From: an uncultured Bacteroidaceae bacterium
GTDB taxonomy: Bacteria > CAIWAD01
Assembly: GCA_964345075.1 (NCBI GenBank)
Contig: CAYFPS010000015.1
Span: forward strand, 561-64,560
DNA length: 64,000 nt
Direction of reading: 5' to 3'
Position 1 is the first letter of the stretch. The number at the start of each line of letters is the position of its first letter. The notes beneath the pieces are model-generated. The model saw only the letters and a list, made by a program, of their open reading frames with translations, was not told the origin of the DNA and ran no database searches. Below are positions 1 through 15,885 of this stretch, in pieces. The translations under genes and the position numbers were made by a program.

Positions 1-1665
1 ATAGATATCAAGCTCGCCCAATAGATATCGCCCCAGCAATCTGGCCTGTACATCTAAAACGCGCCTGTAGCTGATGGTATAGCCAAAGAGTGGGTGCTCA
101 ATCAAGTGATCCATACGCCGCTCGTAAGCGGCAAGAACCTTTTTGCGTCCAGCAGGAGACAGCGAGACAGCATCACCAACAAATGTGAAATGGGAAGCCT
201 TCAGTTCGCCTCTGTTGACCATCGTCAAGAGCATGGAGTCCACAATCAATGGGCGAAACTCTTCCATCAAATCAAGTGCAAGTGCAGGTCGTCCTGATCT
301 TGGTTGATGATAGAATCCGAGTCTGGGCTCAAGACCTGCTCGCTCAAGAATGACAGTAAGCTCCTTCACAAGGATGCCGTATCCATATCCCAAAACGGCG
401 TTCACCGGATCACGCGGGGGCCTGCGATTACGATGCTCAAAATGGAAGACACTCACCGACTCTTCGTCGGGCGGGCGCAGCAGCAGGGGAAGACGCTCGA
501 ACCAGATTCGCGCAGCAGTGCCCTCTAGCCCCAGCAGCTCTGCCTGGCTATCTGCATGTTGAATTTTGTGCGTCAGCAAATTCAACTGACGCATTGCAGC
601 TGAATCAGATTCCTTCAGGTTTCGCCGAAGCAAGGTTCTGTGATTACGAACTTTCGCTAACACAAAGGCCTTCGCAAGTGTCAGACAACGCTCAGCATCA
701 TCCGACACACGAAACTGTGCGCGTCGCAAATCGACATTCGGGTGCCCGAGACCTGTAGTCATGCCGTTGAACCAGCCGCCATAGCTGAAATGACATACCG
801 GGATATTCTCGCGTAGAAGGGCTGCCTGTGCCTGCGCAGTCATCTGAACAGCCCCAAGCAGATTCAGTGATTCAATCTCCATCAAGCGCACTTTATGCGA
901 GCCGTCTTCCGGCGTCCAGATATCAAGGCATTCTTCCCTCTTCCCGATTTTTGCCCCTTGCGCCTGAACATAAACGGGATCCCGCTCGGTGCGTGCAGGA
1001 AGTAATCTTCGTACCTCACGATCTACACGTCCTGTTCTCAATGCATGTGTCTCATCTGGAAGGCAGATTCCAACCAATGAGCATCTGGGACATTTCGGGT
1101 CATCAACAAGTGGAGGTGGAAGAGTGCGCCGCCCAAGCATGGACAGTAGTTCATTGCGCGCTTGTAGTGTACGCTCAATCAGTTCCGCGCCAATCTCAAA
1201 ACGGACCCTGCTCTTGCTTCCGGCATAATAGACGACTGCCTCGTCAATGTGATAGCCATGCTCCCTTAGCAACAATGCCTGGGCACAGACTTGAACCTGA
1301 TCAGCCTCCCATGGCCGCTCATGAGGCGCATGACCCTTCTTGTACTCAACGACAACAGCATGCTTCCCATCCAGCTCACAAAGATCAATGACTGCAGTAA
1401 GTTGAAGCGCTTCACTGCTAAGATGTAGTGAGCGCAAAACCGCAGGGGGTTCTTCTTCCTGAGATTCGCCCTGATCTACCCCATTGTCGTCCTTTGCCAC
1501 CAGACCACTACGGCTAGCCTTATCCACTCGCTTATGGGCAAGTCGCCCTTCTTCAGTGTCTGGATTATGAACAAATTCGCCTTGCACCCACTCCAGATAG
1601 GCAAGTCTCGGACAGTAAACCACCTCATTCAGCATGCGTGCCGGCGCTAATACAACATCATCCAT
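1..1665 (-). CDS. cas4/cas1: CRISPR-associated Cas4-Cas1 fusion, type I-G (3' end runs off the window; absent from the ORF track)
   Basis: Manual translation of the minus strand from ATG at 1665 (immediately after the csb2 stop) is open for 555 codons to base 1. Cas4 motifs: MLNEVVYCPRLAYLEWVQGEF, VVVEYKKG, QVCAQALLLREHG, KCPRCSLVGICLPDE. Cas1 motifs: LLGLEGTAARIWF, RNRRPPRDPVNAVLGYGY, LGFYHQPRSGRPALALDLMEEFRPLIVDS. Confidence 0.96.
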   Translation of the reverse strand, partial: MDDVVLAPARMLNEVVYCPRLAYLEWVQGEFVHNPDTEEGRLAHKRVDKASRSGLVAKDDNGVDQGESQEEEPPAVLRSLHLSSEALQLTAVIDLCELDGKHAVVVEYKKGHAPHERPWEADQVQVCAQALLLREHGYHIDEAVVYYAGSKSRVRFEIGAELIERTLQARNELLSMLGRRTLPPPLVDDPKCPRCSLVGICLPDETHALRTGRVDREVRRLLPARTERDPVYVQAQGAKIGKREECLDIWTPEDGSHKVRLMEIESLNLLGAVQMTAQAQAALLRENIPVCHFSYGGWFNGMTTGLGHPNVDLRRAQFRVSDDAERCLTLAKAFVLAKVRNHRTLLRRNLKESDSAAMRQLNLLTHKIQHADSQAELLGLEGTAARIWFERLPLLLRPPDEESVSVFHFEHRNRRPPRDPVNAVLGYGYGILVKELTVILERAGLEPRLGFYHQPRSGRPALALDLMEEFRPLIVDSMLLTMVNRGELKASHFTFVGDAVSLSPAGRKKVLAAYERRMDHLIEHPLFGYTISYRRVLDVQARLLGRYLLGELDIY

Positions 1666-1668
1666 ACT

Positions 1669-6444
<4,776 letters not shown>

Positions 6445-6448
<4 letters not shown>

Positions 6449-9114
6449 GAGCAGTACCTCCCGGAAGTCAATTCAGGATCTGCTGAACCAAAGGTTGACT
6501 CTGAAGCTCGCTGGTCAGCTGCACGCAGGAGGGCCTCCAGCCAGGCGAGGTGAAAGGGGCCATAACGGTCAATCAGGCTGTCCACCCGTTCACGCCATGA
6601 GGGACCCGTTCTGGCACTAAGACCAAGGGTAGACAGTGAAAGGTCAACGACAAGCTCTGGCAGCTTGCAAGGATCTCCACTTGTATCACAGATCCTCAGC
6701 GCCGGGAGAATGTCACCATCTTCAATGCCGCGGAGCCGGGGCTTCTCAACCTGATTCTGCTGGTCAGCTGGACATGGATTCCAGGCTGCGCGCAGCTTGC
6801 CATGATGAGCACTAACGAGATAAGCCACCATATTGAAGTCTTCTTCGCCCAGGTCGAGTAGCTCCTGCTCCGCCGTGCATGGTTGGCTACTCGCCAAAGT
6901 GACTGGGGTAGCTTCCCCGCAGCTCGCAAGCAGATCGATCCATGGCCCAAGCAATGCGGGATGATCGGGTCTGTGTCTGTGCAGGACTTCGAACAGGGCC
7001 AGCACGCTAAGCAACTCGTGGCGGAATCCTGGTCGGTGCCCGCCATCAATCATTGGATAGAGCGCCCTGCCTCTCAGCCAGGCAGATGCTGGTGCCTTCG
7101 CCAAAAGGTGCCCTATGGGCCGGTCTGGATGGACCATGGAATCCTGAAATGCAGAAAAGGCTTTACCCGCATCATGCCACCGCCCGGCAATAGAGAGATT
7201 CATGGATTGCGCGGGTATCAGCTGATCGGCAATCTGGCTCGCCAGCTCGCCAACTTCCTTTCCATGAAAGGAAATCGTCTTCCAGCTACGCTCGCTAAGG
7301 CCTTCATCGTCCTGGAATCGATCGGATGTATACGGCTCTACTGGTCTTTCAGAAACAACCTGCACTGTATCACGGGATGTGGCCGTCCAGCCGGCATCTG
7401 TTTTGTAACCGCCACAGGAGGCATCCAGGCGAATGACTACGCCTGCGCGAATGTGGCGTCGTTGCAGCTTCTGCCATTTACCATCCAGCCAATCCCAATG
7501 CCAGGCAAGCATCTTGTCCTTCAAATGCGGTGAGCGCTTTGTGGAACTTTCCTTGCCACAGAGCCAGTCAGCCAGATGATGCACTGGAACCGTGCACAGC
7601 TCGCTACGCTGGACCATGTCTGGCTGATTCAGCTCCTCAGGGGGGCCGGACCGCCAGTAAATTTGCGCATCACGAGCATCCTGCTTTCGAATGAAGCGGG
7701 CGATATCAATGTCAGCCCCTGACAAGTCTGGCGTAGTATCGAAGAGTTCAACAATCTCATCCCTCGTGATCACCTGATCTGGCTCATAGGGATAGAGGCG
7801 TGATACAAGCTCTGGGTGATCCTGTTCAAGAGTTTCCAGCGAGGATGGATCTGCTGCAGAAAGTAGCCCCAGCGCTTCGCGGGAAGCAGCCAACGCTTCT
7901 GGTGTGTAGGGTGCCGAGAGTTTTTGTGTGTCAAAGCCCGGGTCAAGAACGAGAATCCGCCCGCGTCCACCCCAGCGAGCGCAGCGACCAAAGCGCTGCA
8001 CCAGGTTAGGCCATGGCGCAAGTTCGGTAACTAGTGTAGCGGCGGATAAGTCAACCCCTGCTTCCACAATCTGTGTGGATATCAGAATCCGGTCTGTACC
8101 TGCACTACAGGCCTTTTTATCAAACAGATCATCACGCCAGTGGTACCGTTCTGCGGGGCGAAAACGGCTATGAACCAGCTTGATCTCCGTTTGTTCAATG
8201 CGGGCATGCGAAAGCAGTGATGAGTAAAGAGCAACCGCACGATCAACACGATTGACAACTACCAGAGTCGGGCCAGATTTTCCACTTCCAGAATCCTTGT
8301 GAGCCTGTAAGACACGCTCGGCAAATTGAGCTTCGGGTGTCGCTTCTAACTGCAGCTCTTTTTGACAGGCTTGCCAAAGCGGGCTTGTACGGTCCCCCTC
8401 GGCAAGCCCCTTCGCCTTCAAACCAGAAAAGCACTTCCTGGCCTCTGGCGTGCCCTTCAACCATGCCTCTTGCAGTGTCGCGCTCATCCACCAGCTACGA
8501 ACTGGACGCCCGGCAGGCCATTCTTTACGAAATGATTGAAGTTGAGCACTGGTGGCCAGTCCAGCATCCATCAGCTGCACTTCATCCAGAACCCAGAGCG
8601 CGTCCTGATTCAACAGACCAAACTGCATGGGCCACCGAGCGCGAGAGGCTGCATAGCCGCGGTTAAGTGCCCGGGAAAGCAGCATATCCTGTGTGCCCAC
8701 AAGAACCGCAGGTCGCTCGGGAAATTGGTCCCACTGGCCCGCATCCTCACCACCCATTAAAATGTGTACCGAAGCACGGTTGGCCTCGTTGGAATCCGGA
8801 TTGCGTAACAGATTGGTTCTTGCAAGGGCGGATTCAATTTCAGCTGCTGTCTGCTCCACGAGAACACGCATGGGCAAGCACCAAACAAGTCTGTGCGGCC
8901 AGCGCTCGTCATTCCGTTTCAGGCGGTGCCAGGCCCATGCAGAAGCAACACCAAGCGTTTTACCAAAGCCTGTCGGAATTCGAAGTAGAAGATCTTCGCA
9001 AGCCTCTTCAGATATCAGGTCGGCTTGCCAGGGATGTGGAGTATGGCCGGAAAACGAAGTGAAAAATGACCGGGGATCATCCATGCTCAGTTCCTTTATA
9101 ATGTCTCGGCTCAA
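6445..9114 (-). CDS. cas3: Type I-G Cas3 helicase-nuclease with C-terminal HD domain
   Basis: SF2 motifs IPTGFGKT, VLDEVQL, MSAT, HSRF, STQIVEAGVD and QRFGRCAR, followed by HD motifs RWHDAGKA, RHE, AHHGK and AAD. A C-terminal HD is characteristic of I-G. An AAGGAA RBS suggests the start may be the ATG at 9084. Confidence 0.95.
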
Positions 9115-9247
9115 CCAATGTCAGCAAGATCAGAGAGGGGTGGGACAATCTTTGGCCACATTGCGAGCCCGCCATGGTGAAAAGCTTTGTTTCGCTGAAT
9201 ATACGGATAGTTGATCTACAAATATTCAGGATCTGATTAAGCACAGC

Positions 9248-9293
9248 TGCCAGGTTTTAACTCTTCACAGGTGCCAGGTTTTAACCTGGCACC
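9248..9293. promoter_or_regulatory. Perfect 11-bp inverted repeat plus a 14-bp direct repeat upstream of cas3
   Basis: GGTGCCAGGTT-TT-AACCTGGCACC at 9270-9293. TGCCAGGTTTTAAC occurs at 9248-9261 and 9272-9285. Function is inferred only. Confidence 0.45.
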
Positions 9294-9322
9294 GGCCCCG
9301 CTTCCCCCTCGCGCAAACTCCC

Positions 9323-9511
9323 TTAGCGCCAGAGAAGTGGAAGCGCGGCCAGTAGCAGTCCACCGCCAATTCCCACCAGAGGATTGGGAGCAAAATTAGC
9401 CCGCAGCAATAGACCAACGGCGCAGATCGTGGGTAGAATGGCCTGCTGTTTTCGACCGTAAATCAGATAGGCCGTGCCAAAGAGGCCAAGCAGGAATTTG
9501 ATCAGGATCAT
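9323..9511 (-). CDS. Small two-helix membrane protein (62 aa)
   Basis: MILIKFLLGLFGTAYLIYGRKQQ...ALPLLWR. ATG at 9511 overlaps the upstream TGA (ATGA). The ORF-track start at 9625 is probably too long. Confidence 0.6.
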   Translation of the reverse strand: MILIKFLLGLFGTAYLIYGRKQQAILPTICAVGLLLRANFAPNPLVGIGGGLLLAALPLLWR

Positions 9512-10440
9512 CCCCGCACCCCACGCTTCACCAGCGCTTTCAAATGCTCTTCTCCCGTGCCGCAGCAGCCACCGATAATCGGCAGCTCCAAAGCCTGATG
9601 CAGGGCGAAAAGCTCGCTGGCCCAAAGCTCCACATCTTCAGACAGAAGGGTCCTGGCATCATTCAGTGCTGCGTGGTCAAGTGAGCTGGCATTGGCCTGA
9701 AAGCCGATCAGGCGCTGCCGGGTGCTGGCGGGAATCTCTTCTGCTTTCAGAAAACCCGGCCAGGCGCAGTTGACCATGTAACCCAGCGGCTTCATCGTGC
9801 TGGCAATGTCGCAGGCATCCACGGCATCGGGCAGGGGGGTACCATCCAGCAGGCAGCCGTCGGATCCGATCACAAAACTCGTGATACACTCATGGCCTGT
9901 ATCACACATGGCCAGCGTCATGCCGATGGCTTCCGGCAATGCCGGCATGGTTTGTGCCACCAGAAGATCACATCCACCAGCACATAGTTCTTCCGCCTGC
10001 CAGTGGTGCACGCTTCGTGCATCATCGGTGGAGAGACCTTCTTCGGGCCGGTAGGCATCCTTCGCGCAGCCAAGCAGGCCGGCCAGCAGGACGGGTGGCT
10101 GCCCGGCAGGCAGTTCATCTAACTGTCTGCGCAAGATTCTGCAGAGCTGCCGGTTGATGTCCTCCGGCGCGCCGGCAGCCTTCACACGCTCCCGGGATAG
10201 CCGCCAGCTTGGCGTGAGCAGCATCATGGGAAGTGATGCCTGCCGCGCAACTTCCAGATACGCCTTCTGCAGCTACCAGATGGCTTCACGCCCGGTGGGA
10301 TCCAAAAGCAACAGGCCGTGCTCCAGCGTGGGATCAAGTGGCAGGTGAACTTCGCGGCGCAGGCGCTCCAGCACAGCGGCCTCAGTCAACACAAGGCGAT
10401 GTGCTTCAAGCAGTCTGCTGGCAGTAGCTGGAACAGTCAT
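9508..10440 (-). CDS. Homocysteine S-methyltransferase family protein with an in-frame TAG at codon 56 (10273-10275)
   Basis: Zn-ligand motifs GYMVNCAWP and IIGGCCGT, plus LLVAQTMP. The frame continues upstream of the track ORF through EAIW*LQKAYLEVARQASLPMMLLTPSWR to ATG 10440 (MTVPATASRLLEAHRLVLTEAAVLERLRR). Confidence 0.8.
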
Positions 10441-10476
10441 TCTGGTCAAGGCTCTGTTTTAGCTAGAGAACCACGC

Positions 10477-10668
10477 TCAGTCAGCACCGCCATCCTTGGA
10501 GGCGAAAGAGCCCAGTCCCAGGCCCATCACGGAAAGCGCGGCGACAATCCAGGCAGCCGTCGACAGGTGATCCTTGGCGAAAATGGCGACCACCGCCACA
10601 ATGCACAGTGATACACCGCCAATTACGCTGGCGATGCCCTTGGCCGGATGATCCTTGCGTTCGCTCAT
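10477..10668 (-). CDS. Small membrane protein (63 aa)
   Basis: Two hydrophobic stretches; G-rich RBS (AGGGGGGA) before the ATG. Confidence 0.55.
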   Translation of the reverse strand: MSERKDHPAKGIASVIGGVSLCIVAVVAIFAKDHLSTAAWIVAALSVMGLGLGSFASKDGGAD

Positions 10669-10695
10669 AATCCCCCCTTTGTATCACGCGAAGAC

Positions 10696-11787
10696 TCAAT
10701 GACTGATGTTTTCGGTCTTGAGAGCATCGCCAAAATGAATCGTCTGTGTCGGGAAGGCGAAGTCCACGCCAACCCGGCGAGCAATTTTCATGAATTCCAG
10801 ATTGATTCGCTGGCGCTCGGCCATGTATTCAGCCCAGTTGGTCGTCACCGTAAAGAAGTAGACGAGGATGTCCAGGCTGTGTGCGCCGAACTCCACAAAA
10901 TTCACCATGTGAAAACTCTGATCCACGGCGGGGTCGGTCGTCAGCAGTTCCTTCACGCCGCTGACAAAGGCCTCCATCTGCTCGGGCGTGGTACCGTAGG
11001 TCAGGCCCAGCGTCATCTTGATGCGGCGCTTGGGCATGGCGCTCCAGTTTTCCAGATGCCTGTCTGTCATCAGCTTGTTGGGGACGACAATCAAGCTCTT
11101 GGCAAAGGTGCGGATGCGTGTCGCGCGAAAGCCGATCTCCTCGACCGTGCCTTCAACATCGCCCATCTGAATCCAGTCACCCACCTTGAAGGGCCTGTCT
11201 GTCAGCATCACGACCGTGCCAAAGACATTTGCCAGCGTATCCTGCGCGGCAAGCGCAACGGCCAGTCCGCCAATACCCAGTCCCGTGATCAGGCTGCTCA
11301 CCTGATAGCCCAGGTTCTGCACGATCAGCACGCCGGCCAGCGCCAGCAGGACAAAGCGCAGCGAGGATCGAATGATCGGTGTAAACTGCTGACTGGTCAG
11401 CTCGTCTTCCTTTGACATCAGGTCGCCGGCAATGGCCACCACCACATCAATCAGGCGGTAGAGAGTCCAGATGATCAGCGCCAGCAGGGCAATCTCCCAG
11501 CCGTCCTTCAAAATGGCGCTGAGGTTCCAGGGTTCTTCCGGCAAGCCGATAGCGCCCAGCGCCAGAAAGATGCCCGTTGAGAAAATGGCTGCGGATATGG
11601 GGAGTTTGATCGCTTCCAGAAAAAGATCGTCATAGCGCAGGCGGGTTTTTTCCGCCAGCTTGATCAGTCGCCCAAAGAAAATCCGGTTGACCAGCCAGCG
11701 CAGCAGGTAGGCACCAAGAATAAAAAGGAAGGCCATCAGAAGGCGCTCGGCAAGCGCTCCATCCGTCAGTTCAAACAGTCGATTCAT
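10696..11787 (-). CDS. Mechanosensitive ion channel, MscS family
   Basis: GLGIGGLAVALAAQDTLAN, DRPFKVGDWI, GTVEEIGFRATRIRT and FAFPTQTIH. Likely start MNRLFEL at 11787. Confidence 0.9.
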   Translation of the reverse strand: MNRLFELTDGALAERLLMAFLFILGAYLLRWLVNRIFFGRLIKLAEKTRLRYDDLFLEAIKLPISAAIFSTGIFLALGAIGLPEEPWNLSAILKDGWEIALLALIIWTLYRLIDVVVAIAGDLMSKEDELTSQQFTPIIRSSLRFVLLALAGVLIVQNLGYQVSSLITGLGIGGLAVALAAQDTLANVFGTVVMLTDRPFKVGDWIQMGDVEGTVEEIGFRATRIRTFAKSLIVVPNKLMTDRHLENWSAMPKRRIKMTLGLTYGTTPEQMEAFVSGVKELLTTDPAVDQSFHMVNFVEFGAHSLDILVYFFTVTTNWAEYMAERQRINLEFMKIARRVGVDFAFPTQTIHFGDALKTENISH

Positions 11788-11931
11788 TATTAAACCCGTT
11801 GCTGTGAGATGATTCGGAATCATGACAAGATAGTGCTTGAGGCGTGAAAGCTGCCAGAGCGGGGCCATTCCACTTCAATTCACGAACTTGCATGAGCTTT
11901 TTCCAATCTGAGCGCGAAGAAGGATCCGCAG

Positions 11932-12723
11932 ATGAAGACTTTAACCGTCAATCACGACAAGCACCTTGCGCTGGTGACCCTGAACCGGCCCGCCCTGCGC
12001 AATGCACTGAATGATGAGCTGATTCGCGAACTGCGCGAACTGGCGGAGGCGCTTAACGCGGATGCTTCGGTTCGCGCCGTGATCCTGACCGGCTCGGGCA
12101 AGGCCTTCTGCTCCGGCATGGATCTGGCCTACATGGAAAGGCTGGCCAGTTTTGATGAAGCGGAAAACCGCCGTGACACAGAGAATCTGGTCGCGCTCTT
12201 CGAGGCGATCCGCTTCGGAAGACTGCCCTGGATTGCCGCCGTCAACGGACCGGCAATCGCCGGCGGCTGTGGTCTGGCCAGTGTCTGTGATCTGGTGCTG
12301 GCTGATCGCGTCAATGCGCGCTTCGGCTACCCGGAAGTCAAGATCGGCTTTCTTGCAGCTGTTGTATCACCGTTGCTATTGGCCCGCGTGGGCGAAACAC
12401 ACACGCGGGATCTGCTGCTTACCGGCCGCATCATCAAGGCCGAAAGCGCTCAGGCTATGGGTCTGATCAATGAGCTCTCGGAAGAAGGTCAGGTGCTGGC
12501 ACTGGCGGGCATGCGCGCCCGTGCGCTGATTCAGCAGTGCAGCCCGGACAGCATAGCCGCCACCAAGGAGCTTTTGGACACACTTCCCGGCATGAACCTG
12601 CGCGCGGCATTTCGCGCGGGGCTTGACCGCAATGTCGCCTCCAGGCTGTCGCCATCCTGTCGCCGTGGGCTGCGCGCCTTTCTGGACAAGGAAAGCGTGG
12701 ACTGGAGTCAGGACCCTGCCTGA
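11932..12723 (+). CDS. Enoyl-CoA hydratase/isomerase family (methylglutaconyl-CoA hydratase-like)
   Basis: LNRPALRNALN, GKAFCSGMDL, AIAGGCGLASVCD and GYPEVKIG crotonase motifs. Confidence 0.88.
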   Translation: MKTLTVNHDKHLALVTLNRPALRNALNDELIRELRELAEALNADASVRAVILTGSGKAFCSGMDLAYMERLASFDEAENRRDTENLVALFEAIRFGRLPWIAAVNGPAIAGGCGLASVCDLVLADRVNARFGYPEVKIGFLAAVVSPLLLARVGETHTRDLLLTGRIIKAESAQAMGLINELSEEGQVLALAGMRARALIQQCSPDSIAATKELLDTLPGMNLRAAFRAGLDRNVASRLSPSCRRGLRAFLDKESVDWSQDPA

Positions 12724-13054
12724 GCCATTCGGCAAGAACCAAAGACCAGTCGATAACACCCATCAACTGTCTGGAAAAGCACACAGACTCACCTGCTGTA
12801 TCATTTCTCATACAAGTGTATGGCTGTTGAGCGGCCGAGAGCTTGACAAGTCTGCCACCGAAACGCCCAACTAAAGCCTGATCAAAACAGAAGTTAAGGT
12901 CTGGCAGAGCTGGCACTATCCTTGCATTTCAGCTTGCAGCTTGAAGCACTGATTTCCCGTGATCGCATTGGATCTACCTGAATCGATGCAATTGATGTGT
13001 GCGCCCCACTGCTTCGTACACTTCGCTTCAATTCGTGTGTGAAAGGGCTAAATC

Positions 13055-15858
13055 ATGCGTGCATTTTCCTTGTTGATTACGGTTCTGCTCACAGCCTTAC
13101 AGCTTTCCGCCGGAACCATCCATCCCGGGATTGAAAAGCTCCTGCTTGAAACGTCAACCAATGACGAGATCGGGGTGATTGCCTTCCTCAAAGACAGGCC
13201 GGACATCGCCCGGCTGGACGAAGAGCTGCGCCACGGGAAAGCAAGGCTGGCCGACCGTCACACCCGCGTGATGACCGTGTTACAACAAGCCGCCAATCGC
13301 AGTCAGCCGGCCCTCGTGCAGGTCCTGGATGGCTGGCGGGCCAGCGGGCATATCACGGACTACAAAACTCACTGGCTCGTGAATGCAATCACCATCATCT
13401 GCCCGGCAAGTGAGGTCAATCAGCTCTCGCTGCTGCCGGAGATCGACGCGCTGGAGGCATTGCCGGAAATCGAGATCATTGAGTCTGAGAGCACAAATCG
13501 CGATGGGGAGAGAGATGTCTTTGAGGGCCTCTCGCCTGCCCTGCACTTCATACAGGCCGATCGTGTCTGGTATGAGCTGGAATTGCTGGGCGAAGGCGTG
13601 GTGCTGGCAAATCTCGGATCGGGAGCGAATTTTACCCATGAGTCCTTGTTTTCAAGCTGGCGCGGACATTATGCGCCAGTAGAAGAGTGTTGGCGGGACG
13701 CAGCAGGTTATGGACCCTTCCCTTATGACTGTGGCTATGGTCGAGGAACTCATGTCACGAGCCTGCTTGTGGGCGTCACAGAATCAGACACAACCGGCGT
13801 ATGCCCGGGCGCCCGCTGGATCTCTTCCCCGCTAAGTTTGGGCGATGGTCAATTGTTTATCGATGATGCCCTTGAATCTCTCGAATGGATAGCAGACCCG
13901 GATGGCAACCCCTGGACTCTGGATGATGTGCCGGATGTGGTGCTCAACGATTGGAATCTGAGCTCCTTTGACGCTGAAGAACAATGCAGCTCGCTCTGGT
14001 GGGAAGCCATCGACAACTGCGAGGCCATGGGCATTTGCATGATCTTCTCCGCGGGCAATGAAGGAGAAGCAGGCATCACCAATCCTGCCTCAAGGGCAAC
14101 GAGTCCCACGAGCTCTTTCTGTGTTGGCGCCTGTGATACAACGGGAACCGAGATGGCTTCCTTTAGCAGCAGGGGACCTGTGCCTGAAGCTTGCGGTCCT
14201 TACAGCATCAAACCGGAAATCACGGGGCCGGGAATTGATCTTCCCGGGGCTCACGTTTTTGTTGTAGATGCGTATCTCTGGCGCAGCGGAACCAACATGG
14301 CGGCCTCGCTGGTGGCTGGTGTTGCCGGCCTGATGCGGAATGCAGACCCGGATATTGATGTGACCAGCATCAAGGAAATCCTGATGGAAACGGCCCTTGA
14401 TCGTGGCGAGCCCGGCGAAGACAATGAGTGGGGACACGGCTTTGTAGACGCCTATGCAGCAGTACAGGCATGCATGGGTGGAAACGGCTTTGTTCAAGGA
14501 TACATGCTCGACGAGCAGACAGGCAACGGGATTGCCAATGTTCGTATCACGGCACCCGCCCTTGGCCGTATCACAGCGACCGATGCCGATGGAAGCTTCA
14601 GCCTTGTTCTGCCTTCCGGCAGCCATCAACTGCGCACTGATTCCTTTTTTCACCTGGATCACGAATGGACTGAAACAATCATTGGAAACCAGCAGAACAA
14701 TGTCCTGATAGGACTTAGTCCCCATGCAACAAGAGAGATCACGGGGCTGGTCACCATGCCGGATGGCACTCCCAGAGAGGGCGCGCGAATCAGTATTCCA
14801 GAATCACCACTGGACCCGATCGAAACCATGGTGGATGGTGAGTTCGCCTTTACTCTGCCCCTGGACAGGGACTACCAGCTAGTCGTTGAAAACATTGGTC
14901 CAGCTGGCCGGATGCCGCTCGGGCCCGACAACTATGGATATGCTGCGCTTGATCCTAACGATTGGGCAAGCCGCAGTATCGACTTCCTCTGGATGAAGAC
15001 ACGCCATCCATCCTTGTCAGCACCGGTCACACCATTCAATATGACTGGCAGACGATTGACCCTGATGTTGGTGGCCCGGGCACGGCGCTGGACTTCTCAT
15101 CAGGTGCCAATGTGACACAGCTGATTGATCTGCCCTTCCCCTTCATGTATTACGGTGAGACCTTTACACAGGCATCCATTTGCAGTAATGGCTGGGTGGC
15201 GCTGGGTGAGACAAGCATGACCACCATCGGAAACGGGGACATCCCGGATCCTGATTATGGCCCGCCCGCCATGCTTGCCGTGTTCTGGGATGGTCTCGCG
15301 CCTTACAACGAGGAAAGTGGAAACATCAGCATGTATCACGACGAAGCGAGTGGACGCTTCATCGTCGAGTACAATCACATTCGGCAACAGATTCCGACTT
15401 CGGCATTTGAAAGCTTCCAGCTGATTCTGCTGGATGAGTCCGTCCATCCCACATTCACGGGCGACGGAGCCATTATCATGCAGTACAGCGAGATCAGTGA
15501 TGCTTCCAGCTGCACGGTAGGAATTGAATCACCGAATGGATCTGATGGCCTGCAGTACTTCAGGACCGATGAGTACCCCTACTTCCCGGTCCCGCTTCCT
15601 GGCACTGTAATCCTCTACACCACAGGCCTGCTGGAAAGCAGTTATCTGCCAGCTATCAGCGACCTTCGTATCACGACTCTCACCGGGCAGCAAATCCGGC
15701 TGGATTGGTCGGCTGTTTTTGGTGTTACGGCTTACCGGGTTGAAGAGTCGGTTGATGGGCAGAGCTGGAGTACGCTTGGTTTTTACCAGGAGCCCGGCTG
15801 CATAAGGTCCACTACAGCTGGAACCCGCTTCTATCGCGTGCGACCTGTGATCGATTAG
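13055..15858 (+). CDS. Secreted S8 subtilase paralogue 1, catalytically degenerate; apparent 1-bp deletion at about 14986
   Basis: Signal peptide, propeptide, S8 fold, carboxypeptidase-regulatory-like repeats, LPFPFMYYG...CSNGW domain and FN3-like tail. The two track ORFs join if one C is added (TTC CCT CTG). Triad positions read NLGSG, GRGTH and SGTNM. Confidence 0.85.
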
Positions 15859-15885
15859 CCAGGCGTGTTTAGCCGTGGAGGAATC

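Noticed and set aside
94-1391. Plus-strand ORFs listed in the track at the left edge
   Set aside because: They overlap the minus-strand cas4/cas1 frame, which carries clear Cas motifs.
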